Of a stretch of DNA of 64,000 nucleotides, positions 50,858 to 63,990 are shown piece by piece. How positions within the stretch are numbered: the first letter of the stretch is position 1; each line of letters begins with the position of its first letter. Made by a program: the position numbers and the translations under genes. Origin of the DNA: Ophelia neglecta. Lineage: Eukaryota. Under the pieces are notes generated by a model. It did not search any database, was not told where the DNA came from, and was given only the letters and a program-made list of their open reading frames with translations. Where the stretch lies: positions 5,704,001-5,768,000 of the forward strand of contig OZ260665.1 in NCBI GenBank assembly GCA_965285935.1, in the 5' to 3' direction.

Positions 50858-52019
50858 TATCTATTTTGCTAACCAACCGTAATACAATGCTAAACATGCG
50901 TTAATGCCAATCTTAGCATTTGGTTCTTTGTTAAATAACGTAAAATCAAATCTACGCATTATGTCGCCCGGTGCCTTAAAATTGCTGATTTGATGATTAA
51001 ATTTTCTTCATTTACTTTTGGCATATTTAATGCCGAGCTGTCAGGTATATTATGGTTAAAAAGAACATTGAATTATAAATTAGAAGGCAACGAACAAGTG
51101 TGCAAATATTGTATCGTCATGAATATCTTACGAAAATATATTTACTTGAAAGCAATAATTAACTTTTTATTAAATGTTTGAGAAACAAACTGTGTTTGTA
51201 TATTCATAGTATTGCTTTGCAATATGGACAGAAAGAAGTTGAAAATAAACCCGTAATTTTTTTCTAAAATCTTATCTCTTTTCTTCTAACCACTTCTATG
51301 ACAAAACTGTCCAATCTGATTATCTCCATGGCAATATTTTCCCCTCTGACCAGCTTCCTTATTATACTTAAACCCTCACCATTCTGAGCCCCACGTTTCT
51401 CTCTGTGACCACCTTTCCTTACTCTACATAAATCCTCGCAATCGTAGACCACACTTTAGCCTCTGACCACCTTCCTTATATTTCGCTCATCATTTTCTCT
51501 TTCTGTTATACGAATACCTGAATACACACTATCACAATATAAATCTCTCAGTTATGCCATGTGTGTAAAAAACACGAAATCTTAAACATCAGATAGATGT
51601 TTCGCATGCGACCTTTAAGAATTCCGAAGCACCGATCATGAAAAATTGAGAATCCTCTTTGCCACCATGAGTAACAACAGCAAGGCTTTTCTTATTAAGT
51701 CTTTTCTGCTAAAGGTCAAAAAAGAATTTGGGGGAAATTCCCGTAGGCGAATCTTTAATCAAGCAATTAGAGGAGAAAAAGTATTTGTATAAAAGTTGTC
51801 TTTGTGGATTTCAAATATACGTCGTGTTTCATGGGTCACTTTGTCGTCAGGTACAATATAGGCGCGCACATCTTTATATTTATATGTGTGTTTGGTGCCC
51901 TCAGCTTGTTAGGTATCCTTGGTATTACTTTTGAAATTCGGGTACACTTATGTTAACCGTCATTTGTCAAGTATCGGCATATAAATTGCTGCTCTTCGGA
52001 TAATATTCGGTATTAAAAG

Positions 52020-52408
52020 TGCCATGTGTTCCCCTGCCTTTACCATCTCCCTAGCCACCTCCCACATCCCACAACCACCATCCCGTCTCTGCACCTTAAC
52101 TCCCTCACCACCAGCCCACACTACGGTAACCATCGTTCTTCGTGATTTTAGTAAGAACACGTTTACATACTATCCAATGTGTCACGAGATATCTCCCCCA
52201 TAAAATGTGGTGCAATGTTACAAGTGTATTTGCTTTCATTCGCAATAATGTTTTCCCCCGTGGTTTGTCAGCTAAAAAAAGCACACTCTATTAGTGGTAT
52301 TGTTCAGTAATGGCCAGAGACCACTTGGCCATTTCATCCCATTATAAAACATATAGCACGTAAAGCCTATGGACATGAAGATTATCATGTAACAAGCATT
52401 ATGATTGG
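52020..52408 (+). mobile_element. Left part of an unclassified repeat copy, split by the BEL insertion (continues at 61859-62070)
   Basis: Colinear with the uninterrupted copy at 63300-63990 on both sides of the BEL element. Confidence 0.6.
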
Positions 52409-52723
52409 TGTAAAATGTAGAATTGGTTTAGCGTGGCTGCGCATTAATTGTATCCAGCGCCAGTAATTTATAGTCGCGCCACTACCGTTCGTCGCGCCAC
52501 CTATCTGTAGGCGTGCTTGTACCTCCATCTGTATCTACAAATCTCTCTCTGTGAATAAGTCTCCGCCCTGAACGGACGTGTGTTCTCGTTTACTATTTAT
52601 CTATCAACCTTCGTATTGGCGTGGTGGCAGCGTCGGAAAACTTCGAAAACCTGCGCCGGAATCTACATGTCCGTTAGAACCCGCCAGTTGGCTTTATTCC
52701 TACCTACTACATAGTGAGAAGAC

Positions 52724-55128
52724 ATGGCTAACGCACACAGAGCACCCAAACAATGGACACTGACGAAGACGGAAACCATCAACAGCTTCGAAAACTGGAA
52801 ACAGAATTTGATCTACACATTATCACTAGACCCTACATTTACCAACTTTGTGACAGAAGGCGCATGGTGGCAAAAGAAAACACGCAACGCCCCTGAACGC
52901 GGATTCATCGACGACGGATTGGAAGTGATTCAGGCACAACGGAAAACGGCTGCTCAAAAGGTAACATCGTTAGAACTTATGTTAGGCCAAATAGCAAATT
53001 ACTGCCCCATTATCGCCAGGAACACTATAGTACGAAACACCAGATCCCTACCTGAGATATGGCAAGCAATAAGGTTACACTATGGCTTTCAATGTACGGG
53101 AGGACACTTCCTAGACTTAGCCGAAATTAAACAAGCATTTGAAGAAAAGCCAGAGGACCTTTTCCAACGCATTATGGCATTCGTGGAAGATAACCTACTC
53201 AAAGCTGGAGGAGGAATAACACACCATGAGGAAGAACCGGAAGAGGACGAGGAAATGTCCGCCTCTTTAGAGAACATGATATTCCTTATATGGCTAAGGC
53301 TACTAAATGCCGACCTACCCTAACTCGTAAAACAAAGGTACGGGCCTGAACTACGAACCCGTACCCTGGCAAGCCTCAAACCTGAAATCTCACAAGCCCT
53401 TCAATCCCTAATGGATGAATTACAAACCACAGAAGAAGTACGCACAATGCGAACCAGCAACTACAACCGTACCCCAAGTACAAAACCCAAGGGACCACGC
53501 ATGTCAAAAGTTTGCCCCCTATGCAAACAAGCCGGACGCCCTGAATTCTTCCATTTTCTAAGCCAATGTACCCACCTACCAAGACAAGACCAACAGTTTA
53601 TGTCACGCTCTAGAAGTGTAGCAGTTGCAGCCCCTACTGAACTAATTGTAGTCCCACGGAGTGTAACCCTAGGCCAACTAACTGCTATACACCTCCAACT
53701 AGAGCACCCGAGCAGCAACCAATTGAAACAGATAGTAAACAGATACTTCTACGCCCTGGACCTAGAAAAATATATCATCACAGTATCTGCATCATGCAAT
53801 CAGTGTATCGCAATCTCTACGGCGCCAAAACATGCACCAGAATTCACGACCGACGAACCACCACCCATCATCGGCACATCCTTTGCAGCCGATGTCCTAC
53901 GTCGTACCCGTCAAGTCATCCTTGTCGTCAGAGAAAATATCACATCGTACACCAAAACCTGCCTTCTCCCAGACGAAACCAAGGACTCGTTACGGTCAGG
54001 CCTCATCCAACTATGCATAGACCTAAGACCACTTGATGGACCCCTGGCCGTAATCAGAACAGACCCGGCCCCAGGTTTCGCAGCCCTCACAAACGACACT
54101 GTACTCCAACAATCAAGACTGACTGTAGAGGTAGGCAGACGGAAAAATGTCAATAAAAACCCAATAGCAGAAAAAGCAGTCCAGGAACTCCAAACTGAAC
54201 TACGCAAATTGTGAATGGGGAACCCCATCTCTGCCACTACATTGGCAATAGCAACAGCTACACTCAACACCCGATTGAGGGATCCAGGGCTTTCATCTAG
54301 GGAAATGCTCTTGCAAAGAGACCAGTTCAGCCAGTCTCAAATATCTCTCAGTGACACTCAACTGATCCAAAATAAACACTCCCAACGCGTTAACAACCAC
54401 AAACCGAGCGCAAAGAGCAAGGCCCCCGGACTGAAGCCTTTACCCACACCATCAATCAACACTGGAGATATAATCTACATCCATTCCGACCTAAACAAAA
54501 CGAAGGCCAGAGAACGCTACATGGTGGGAGAAACCGACGGAGAATGGTGTCATGTCCGAAAACTCACCAGTAACAAACTACGTTCTATGACCTACAAAGT
54601 CAAGAAATCTCAATGTTACAAGGTACCCACCGACATCCCCATCGATATCATCCCCAATGATAGCAATCTACACGAAGAAGATGATATATATCTACTTTCG
54701 ATGCCGCAGAAACCATACCTGTACCACCAGACATTCCTGAGATCATAAGACACCCTGTTAAGGAGCCCAATCATGTACTAAATGAAAATACACCACTAGC
54801 AAACAACAGGACCATCCCTGCAGAGGATCCGGGCCCCCTTCAAACCAGAGGTTACCCGCCCGAGGTGCCTGCCACCTACCGACCAAGACACGACAGCATA
54901 CCAACCCAGCCTGCAGATGATCCGGGCCCCCTACAAACCAGAGGTTACCCGCCCGAGGTGCCTGCAACCTACCGACCAAGACACGACAGCATACCAACCC
55001 TGCCCGCAGACGATCCGGGCCCCCTACAAACCAGAGGCTACCCGCCCGAGGTACATGCAGCCCACCAATCGAGACGATCCACCAGAAACAAAACTAAACC
55101 TAATTACCTAAAAGACTATGTTACCTAA
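52724..55128 (+). pseudogene. gag-integrase polyprotein remnant of the nested element (no PR/RT/RNase H)
   Basis: One frame from 52724 with in-frame stops at 53321-53323 (TAA) and 54212-54214 (TGA). Gag, then CPLC...H...C knuckle, HHCC zinc finger (HLQLEH...CNQC), core SFAADV...TDPAPG...AEKAVQE, a frameshift near 54700, and C-terminal RRSTRNKTKPNYLKDY. Confidence 0.85.
54815..55085 (+). repeat. 93-bp tandem repeat (about 2.8 copies) in the integrase C-terminal region
   Basis: gatccgggcccc at 54826, 54919 and 55012. Confidence 0.9.
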
Positions 55129-55962
55129 CAGTATAGTTATGTATCCTTTTCGATTTGCAATAAGCACCAGTTCTATCTAGAGAGGGGTAAGAGAAGAATA
55201 TTCACGCCAGTAATTTATAGTCGCGCCACTACCGTTCGTCGCGCCACCTATCTGTAGGCGTGCTTGTACCTCCATCTGTATCTACAAATCTCTCTCTGTG
55301 AATAAGTCTCCGCCCTGAACGGACGTGTGTTCTCGTTTACTATTTATCTATCAACCTTCGTATTGGCGCAGATTCCCAAAATTTCCTTGTTTGGTTTGCT
55401 CGGAGAGACACCTTATTGTGTGCCTTGTCATGTTCCTAAACCCCTTTCGGGTTTTTGAATACAAATTAACCTTGGAGTCACATGGCCACCCGTGCAGGGG
55501 CAGTGACGTTTTTGGTCAGTTCCGGTTTTCAGTCATTTATGGGAAGAATTCCATGTCAAGTCAGAAGGGATAAAATTTGTCATCATCTCGCTATATACAT
55601 ATTGTTTCAGGATGGCTCAATGTTGTAAGTAGATTTGGAAGTACTATAGAACAAAATTGTAACCAAGATTTGTTGCCTCGACATAAAATTCTTTGTTTTA
55701 TTCGACCTTAAAGTTAGGTAAACATGCAGCCTCGCTGGGTACATTTGGTGTATTATGTTTGCAGGTAGCACCACACGTTCATGTACAAGTGCGTAACTAC
55801 AAAGGAGCCAAATCTGTCAAATTCAGCAAAATAAACCTGTCACGTCTTCGATCCACGACTTATTGATTATTTCACAATAACACAGTGCTACAACAGTAGT
55901 CGTCATGGGACATGACTTACAACTTTAGGCAGCGTGACAGAGTATCAATGACCGAATGAGGG

Positions 55963-57230
55963 TTGGCTTACACCATGGAGTCCAAATTAAATACAATAAA
56001 GGGGCTTGACAAGCAGTTTGGCGTGCAGACAAATGTGCTTGAGAGACTTATAAAGAGTGAATGTCCAGACGTCGAAGAAGTAAAAAGGGAACATAAAAGG
56101 TGGACAAATATCTACGACACGCTGTTAGGCACTCAGGAAGAATACTGCACCTTGTTATCAGACGCTGATAGGGCTGATTATGAGGAATCTGTGTGGAAAT
56201 CAAGGAAAGCAGGCCTAGCTGAATTTCATAGCCATGTACAAGAATTTATCGTCAGTTTGACGGCTGAAACAGATGTCAAGGGAACACAGGAGGAAGATCA
56301 AATGTCAGTTTGCTTGGGTGTGTCAACCTTCTAAATAGCCAGTTGGAGGAGGAGAGGAAGAAAATAGGGATTCAGACTAGACTTGAGGCTTTGAAGCTTG
56401 AAAGGAAAAGGTTACAGAATGAGGAAGAAGAATTACGGCTCCATGCTGAGATGAGCTTGTGTCAGGCAGAGGAAAAACACTCCAGTCCACAAAAAAACAG
56501 GCTACAGGCCATTTGATTCGTTTTCTCCTTTCCAAGATAAACATTGCCCATCGGATGATGGTAAGAATCCAGTTAAATTGGATTTACAATCAGAAAGCAA
56601 GGATCCTCTCAATGAACTAATGCAGGCCATGCAGCTTCCCCCCGCTGAATTACCAAAATTTAATGGGGATCCAATTGAATATTGGCCATTCATTAGAGCC
56701 TTTGAAAATGGAGTGGAAATGAAAACTAAGCATCCAAATGCACGTCTCATCCGGCTAATGCAGTATTGTACAGGGTCCGCGCACCGGGCGATTCGGTGTT
56801 GTGCTGTGATGAATCCATCTGATGGTTATGTTCGGGCTAGGCAAATATTGGAAGAAAGATTCGGGAATAATTACACAATTTCGGAACAATGGGCCTGTTG
56901 TCAAGCCCAACGACAGACTGGGATTGAGAAGATTTGCTGATGAACTGACTGGTTGTTATGAAACGCTGAAAGCAATGAGCAGGCTGTAGGAGCTCAATAA
57001 TAGCAGAAGTATATTGGCAATCGTACAAAAGTTGCCTTACTTCCTGCAATCAAGATGGCGTAGGGAGGCATACAAAATCAAACTTCATTCTATTGGAGCT
57101 GCTACCATTGAAGACGTCACTCAATTTGTTCAGGCATGTGCCGAAGAGCTGGATGACCCAGTGTTTGGTGTTTTATGTGACCAAAGCAAAGTTGGTAAAT
57201 AGACTACCCGAGATAGACAAAGCCGAAAGG
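55963..57230 (+). pseudogene. BEL gag region, fragmented by frameshifts and stops
   Basis: ORFs 55963, 56310, 56578 (LPPAELPKFNGDPIEYWPFIRAFE) and 57014 (IVQKLPYFLQSRW...DPVFG). Confidence 0.85.
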
Positions 57231-57232
57231 CT

Positions 57233-59262
57233 TCAGTCTTTCGGTTCTTTCAAGAAACTTGGACCATGGAACCATCTCTCTAACTTCTCTGGGTTTAGCA
57301 TTTCCTTCACAGAAAGGCCACGTGATGCATCATCGGCCGGATTCTCTCGCGAGCTGACATGATTCCACTGCTCCGGTGTGGTGTGGTTTAGTATAGAGCT
57401 CACTCGATTGGCAACAAATGTCTGGAAACGACTGTTGTGATTGTGCAAGTATTGAAGCACGATCATGCTATCTGTCCAGTAGTATGACTTGCTTACCATG
57501 ATGTCCATTTCCCTTAAAAGCATCTCTCCCAGCTTAACCGCCAGCGCTGCCGCTGAAAGTTCAAGCCTGGGTATTGTCAACTGTTTAATGGGTGCCAATC
57601 TGGACTTTGACAGCAGTAGATTGACAGTAACATGTCCATTAGAATCATTCCACTTCAAATATGACACGCACCCATACCCCAACTGCGACCCGTCGGCAAA
57701 GGTGTGAAGCTCTATTGTGGCTGTATCTGGAAATTTGGCTGGCCCTATACACCGAGGTATTTTAATGTTGCAGCTGGCTAAGATCACTCTGCCAATTCTC
57801 CCATGGTTCTAACAATGCCCTTGGTAATGGATCGTCCCATTGTTGTCCCAACCTCGTGAGTTCCTGGAGAATAAACTTGGCCTTGAGAACCACTGGACTT
57901 ATCAAGCCCAATGGGTCGTACACCGTCGAGACTGTACTCAGAACACCCCTCCTGGTATTTGGATTGCCTGGCAGAGCGATATAGAATTCCAAGTTGTCTC
58001 TCTCTTCATTAGGGTCCCATCTGATCCCCAAAGCTCTCTCAAATGGCAGGTCATTTTGATCTAGATCCAAGTTCATCACATCCTTGCCCCTATCTTTCAC
58101 TGGTATAGCCTTCAACAATTCCTTGTTATTGCTCACCCATTTCTTAAGATTAAAGCCACCTTCACGAAGCAGTTCACGGAGTTGTTCTGCCAGATCCTTG
58201 CCTTCTTCTACTGTGTCCATACCCTTCAGGCAATCATCAACATAAAAATGTCTTTCTACTGTCTTTACTGCCTGCTGTGAAAACTCGCTACCCTTTTCTT
58301 CCGCTGTAAGCCTTAGCGCAAAATTGGCGCAACTGGAACTCCAAACCCCACCAAACAAATGTCTCGTCATCCTGTAAGTTTCTGGCTGTTTTGATATGTC
58401 CCCTTGCGGCCACCACAAAAAACGTAAAGCATCTCTATCTTGACTTTCGACAACAACTTGATGGAACATGGCTTCAACATCCGCCATAAATGCAATTTTT
58501 CCAAATCTAAATCTAATCAATACCCCTACCAGGCTTGAAGTGAGATTGGTCCCTTGATGTACATTCTGGTTGAGGGAGGTTTCATGAGCTTTGGCGGCAC
58601 AGTCAAATACGATCCTGATCTTACCAGGCTTATTAGGACTGGTCACAGGATGGTGTGGCAAATACCAGGTTTTACTCTGACCCTGGTCCAATTGCTCTGG
58701 TGGCACATGTTCAGTATATCACTTCCTCAACAGATCATTGATCCCTGTAGTGTACATGTCGTATAGCTCCTTATCCTTTGACAGGCGTCTACCAAGTAGC
58801 TTAAGCCTATTCTCTGCCATAAACCTGCTGTCAGGTAATACTGGAGTCTGCTTGACAAATGGTATTGGGAGTGTTTAGTGCCCCCCTTTGAACTTGACCC
58901 TTTCTCTCCACAGATTCACTACCCTTTTATCGTTGATTGACATACTCTCAACTTCCTCACATACAGTGTCTATTTCCCAGAATTTCTGAACCTGTTTTGT
59001 CAACTCATCAGTCCGAACAAAATTACTGATACATTTGGACTTCCCCTCTACGCCTAATGGGCCATTGATGGTCCAACCTAAATGTGTACGGACTGCATAA
59101 GGGGCTGACATATCATTTTCTTTGCACCTAACCTCTAAAGGTATCAAGGCTGAAGGCACATCTTTACCTATCAGCAAATGAATTTCTGAATTTGGTAATC
59201 CTATCCCTTGCAGGTGCGGCCATGCAATTTCACTTATACTTTCTACACCACCCTTGATTTGG
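57233..59262 (-). pseudogene. BEL RT and RNase H region, inverted relative to the element
   Basis: Minus-strand ORFs: WPHL...LLIG...LGW; WYLPHHPV...KIRIVFDCAA...ADVEAMFHQV...FYVDD...YDPLG; ELHTFADGS...TIPRLEL...WTDS...NPADDASRG. Confidence 0.92.
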
Positions 59263-60823
59263 TGAAGAAGAAGCCTATGGTAGATAAGGTCGACCCGCAT
59301 AACCCTGAAATCAAGAAGGAAGCCAAAACATATCTAACATCGCCTGATGGTGGACATCATGGGCCTGATGTTATGGATCACCTTTTCACATGGTACTCCA
59401 CTTGGGAAAAGCTAATTAAAGCTGTTGTATGGATTCTCAGAGTCAAAACAAAACTCAGAAATAAAGCATCGGTCAAATATCATGCTGGCGCCGAATGTGG
59501 TGCAGAGCATACTGGAGAAATTAGTGTAGCTGAGGTCCAACGTGCCAAGGCTGATATTGTCAGATATGTACAACTTCAATCATATCATAGGGAGATAAAG
59601 GATTTAAATGCTAGCGATGGTGTCAACAGAGGAAGCGTAAAGGCAGGCAGTTTGATAGCGAAGCTGAGTCCCCTCATGCATCGGGATGGTTTACTTCGTG
59701 TTGGTGGTCGCCTTGGCAACACGATGATGTCAGACAATGCCAAGCACCAGATAATTTTGCCGAACAAACACCCCGTCGTGGAACTCATCATCAAAAGTCG
59801 ACATCACGAATGTGGTCACTCTGGGATAGAGCATGTGCTTTCGAACATTAGAGAGAAATACTGGATAGTAAAGGGAAGGAGTGCTGTCAAGAGAGTTTTG
59901 AAGGACTATTTTCTATGTAAAAGGCTCACGACTGGTCCATGTAGCCAACGAATGGCAGACTTGCCCGAAGACAGGGTGACGCCAGACAAACCTCCATTCA
60001 GTTCAGTTGGGATAGATTATTTTGTGCCGTACCTGGTGAAACGGGGCCGGAGCCTACATAAGAGATATGGATGTCTGTTTACATGTTTGACAACACGTGC
60101 TATCCACATTGAGGTGGCTGATTCGCTAGATACCGATGCCTTCTTAAATGCCTTGTACCGCTTCATTGCTAGGCGAGGGTGTCCAGAAATTTGCCGCAGT
60201 GACAATGGCACGAATCTGGTGGGGGCAGAACGCGAGCTTAGAGAGTCTATTCAAGACTGGAACCTTGACGCATGGGGGGTGCCTGGGAGAGGCAAATTCG
60301 GACAGTCCGAAAGGTCCTGGCAGCCACACTGAAAGAACAAACGCTTGATGATGAGAAGCTCAGAACGTACATGTGCATGGTCGAGGCAATGATAAACAGC
60401 AGACCGCTTACCAGGGTATCTGACGACCCACAAGATCCAGAACCGCTCACTCCAAACCATCTTTTGCTTCTTCGATCAGGCCCCAAACTCCCGCCTGGTG
60501 TCTTCGTCAAGGAGGATTTGTATAGTAAGCGTAGATGGAGGCAAGTGCAGTACATGGGCGATTTGTTCTGGCGAAGATGGCTACGAGAATACTTACCGTG
60601 TCTCCAGGAGAGGCAAAAATGGCTAAATCCGCGTCGCAACCTTATTGTGGGTGATCTGGTGTTACTGCTTGACGATAAACAACCACGGGGAATGTGGCCC
60701 TTTGGTGTGATAGTAGAAGCATATTCGGGCAAAGATAAGTTAGTCAGGTCAGTTAAGGTGAAAACCAGGACCAGTTGTCTGGTCAGACCTGTGGACAAGT
60801 TATGTCTAGTAGAAGGTGCTTAA
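59263..60823 (+). pseudogene. BEL integrase and C-terminal domain, with a deletion or frameshift near 60270
   Basis: LRVGGRL...HHECGHSG...MADLP...GIDYF...AIHIE...SDNGTN; [10 protein letters not shown]...NSRPL...[10 protein letters not shown]...RPVDKLC. Confidence 0.92.
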
Positions 60824-63299
60824 GAAGATGTCGAAGTCAGTTATTTAAGGTAACCGTTCAGTATTTTTTTTTTGGATCACACTAATTGTTAGCACCTGCT
60901 ATGGGGTATCAGATATTATCAGATTACCAGATCAGGGTAAATAGATAAATATGCTGATGTAAGTGTACGGGAGATGTTTTGCTTAGACTAGTTTGTAAGT
61001 CGCAGGTATCTTGAGCAAAGTTCAGTGACTATTATATTGGGGTTGCCAAAGTGTCAAATAATTAGGTTGCAAGTAAATTTATTCAAAACCCCTTTGATAT
61101 GTGTTAATTATGGTTATGTGTCGAAACTTATTACCATGGCGCTGGTTAGCAATTTGTGGAGCCAGTTTATAGCCTTAATCATGTAATGTAAGACCAAGTA
61201 TGGTCTGACATGAATTTATTAGTTAAGATATTTTCAACTGTGACGAGGTAGTAATAAATGTTTTATGATATTGGTCTCATTTATTGGGGCCGTTGTAAAA
61301 TGTAGAATTGGTTTAGCGTGGCTGCGCATTAATTGTATCCAGATTCCCAAAATTTCCTTGTTTGGTTTGCTCGGAGAGACACCTTATTGTGTGCCTTGTC
61401 ATGCTCCTAAACCCCTTTCGGGTTTTTGAATACAAATTAACCTTTGAGTCACATGGCCACCCGCGCAGGGGCAGTGACGTTTTTGGTCAGTTCCGGTTTT
61501 CAGTCATTTATGGGAAGAATTCCATGTCAAGTCAGGAGGGATAAAATTTGTCATCATCTCGCTATATACATATTGTTTCAGGGAGGCTCAATGTTGTAAG
61601 TAGATTTGGAAGTACTATAGAACAAAATTGTAACCAAGATTTGTTGCCTCGACATAAAATTCTTTGTTTTATTCGATCTTAAAGTTAGGTAAACATGCAG
61701 CCACGCTGGGTACATTTGGTGTATTATGTTTGCAGGTAGCACCACACGTTCATGTACAAGTGCGTAACTACAAAGGAGCCAAATCTGTCAAATTCAGCAA
61801 AATAAACCTGTCACGTCTTCGATCCACGACTTATTGATTATTTCACAATAACAATTGGTAAAGAGCTGAACCAACATGATTGATATGTTTAGGGTGTAGC
61901 TGTAACGAGCATGTTAATATAGAATCATGTTCCGCTTCGTTGGTCTTAAGGCATATAATATACTCGATCCCGTCGAAGCGAATACCACTAAATGCCATTC
62001 CGGTGAACCTCTCTGTAGATGACAGAATATAATGTATTAAGCTTATCACATAACTGCAAGGCGTATCATTGTTTCATTAAATGCCGACATTTGCCCACCA
62101 GAGCATAGCTCTAAAGCATGTCGATCTGTGAGGTATTATTCTAGTTAGTTCAAATGGTCGTCTTCACGTTAATAAAGTTCTAACTAGACACATATACGTG
62201 CATGCTACGGATAGGTGAATTGGGATATCGATTATTTGTATTTAATGTGTACATAGCTGGGGACCGCGACTTATCTTAGGTAGGCATACGTGTACTGTTA
62301 TACGCTTATATCCTTTTCCAACCAATCGTCAGGAATTTTACAATGCTAAATTTCGGTTTTCTTATATTATAGAACGGCGAGAAACCATTGACGTGTAGCC
62401 TCTATGTATAAGGATTTATTAATGGTCAATACATTGCAGTAGGCTTTTATATACATCGTGTAGGTAAGTGAACTTAGAGTTGTCTATTGCACTCATTAGT
62501 TACCAAGGCTTCTTCGCACCTTAAAATATGATTGTGTCTAGTTTGCTAGCGTGGCAAATTAATTCCTCTATCCCCATATAACTGGCCGTCCGTGTCATCA
62601 TATATTTTAACCCTTCGAACAAACCACTGACTGCCTTCTTAGTCTAACAATCTGTATTATCACTCAGTTCTCTATCACCCTCTCTCTTTTACGGCTAACT
62701 CTCTATGGTGTACTTGCTCCCATCCCAAATATCCCCCTGTTGACCATATGCTTGATAACTGCTTGGATACACATCTTTCTCTGTTCCCTTAAATCCTCAC
62801 TTACTCCTTTCCTCTTTTTTCTTCATTTCGCAGTCGAAAGTTCGCTGTCCCTAGGTACTAATAACTTTCTTGACTTACGTCCCTATACTGATTAAGGCCC
62901 CAATTTGTTTTTTCTCTTGTCACTACCTTGATCATGCTCCCACACCATTTCTATTTCCGCCTCCCACCATCCATCAGTGATTGACCACCTCCATGGTCAT
63001 CCGATTTGACCGGACGACATCGCTGACTACAACCTCCCCTATGTCGGCCACCGTGAGACACGTACCCCCTCCCCCCCCCCCTCCTCTGACGGCTCCCTGA
63101 CCATGGGTGTCTCAATTTATCCCTGACTGCACACTGCCATCTGAGGTCATCCCTGCCCAGGTGTCTCCCTCTTAAGACCTCCATGACCTTCAGTCACCTC
63201 CCGAACACCACCCTGATCAGTAACCACTCACCTCCCTTTTGAACCCTCAACTATCAAAAATCCTTTCTATATTCGATCTGCCTATCGTCTCTATACTCC

Positions 63300-63990
63300 A
63301 CCTCCGTCCCCACCGACCCACCTAGTAAACATCGTTTCTCGTGATTACTTTAGAAACACATTATCTATCTACAATGAAACCTGTGAATCAAGACCACCCA
63401 AGGGACAGGAAAATGCTGGTCTGATTTTTGAGGTGGTCTGTTTACATAGTTTACACTGACAGCATACATTTGATCCTTATATTATTAGTCTGAATTGACA
63501 GGTGGCCTGATTATAGAGGTGGTCTTTAAGGTATATATGTGCTAGGCGATACATCCGTACTATACCAACGTGTAGTACAATGTTATAAATGGATTTGCTT
63601 TCATTCAGAATAATGTTTTTCCTTGGCTTGTCAGATGAAACAGCACACTGTTGTAAAGGTATTGTTCAGTAATGGCCAGAGACTGTTTGGATATTTATAT
63701 TCGCTTATAAAACCCACAACACCTATAGCCTTGTCTATGGAGATGACTGGTTTTGGAACAAGAACTATTAGGTTAGCTGCCCAAGTCGGTATAACCTGGC
63801 GGGAGCTTCATATGAATAAAGTGTAGATGTAAAAAGTGTGTAATCACAGAGTCATGTTCCCCTTCGTTGGTCATAAGGCATAATGCAATCGCTCTCATCA
63901 ATGTTATTCGGGTAACACTCAATGTCTACCATAAAAAGCATCTAGCACGGGTCTCAGGCTTATCACATAACTGCAAAGTGTATAACGTGG
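63300..63990 (+). mobile_element. Copy of the unclassified repeat family, with a MITE inserted at about 63372-63531
   Basis: Colinear with 14030-14600 (-) and with 52020-52408 plus 61859-62070. The insert matches the gaccacc-MITE family in reverse orientation. Confidence 0.65.

Larger units (their letters stand above)
52458..55368 (+). mobile_element. Gypsy-like (Troyka-like) LTR element with 164-bp identical LTRs, CG...CG termini and 3-bp TSD, nested in the BEL 5' LTR
   Basis: LTRs 52458-52621 and 55205-55368 (CGCCAGTA...TATTGGCG). TSD CAG at 52455-52457 and 55369-55371; the uninterrupted 3' BEL LTR reads tatcCAGattc. PBS TGGTGGCAGCG at 52622 matches the tRNA-Leu 3' end. Purine tract at 55179-55198. 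Confidence 0.92.
52409..61853 (+). mobile_element. BEL/Pao LTR retrotransposon, defective (internal inversion and deletion; 5' LTR interrupted)
   Basis: LTRs TGTAAAATG...AATAACA: 3' LTR 61294-61853 (560 bp); 5' LTR 52409-52457 plus 55372-55882. TSD ATTGG at 52404-52408 and 61854-61858. About 8 mismatches between LTRs by eye. Gag (PKFNGDPIEYWPF), RT (YVDD), Pao RNase H (LHTFADGS...TIPRLEL) and integrase (GIDYF, SDNGTN, GGAWER) motifs present. Confidence 0.95.

Noticed and set aside
53321-53323. Programmed gag-pol stop-codon readthrough
   Set aside because: The TAA falls inside gag before the zinc knuckle and a second stop interrupts the integrase; nonsense mutation is the simpler explanation.
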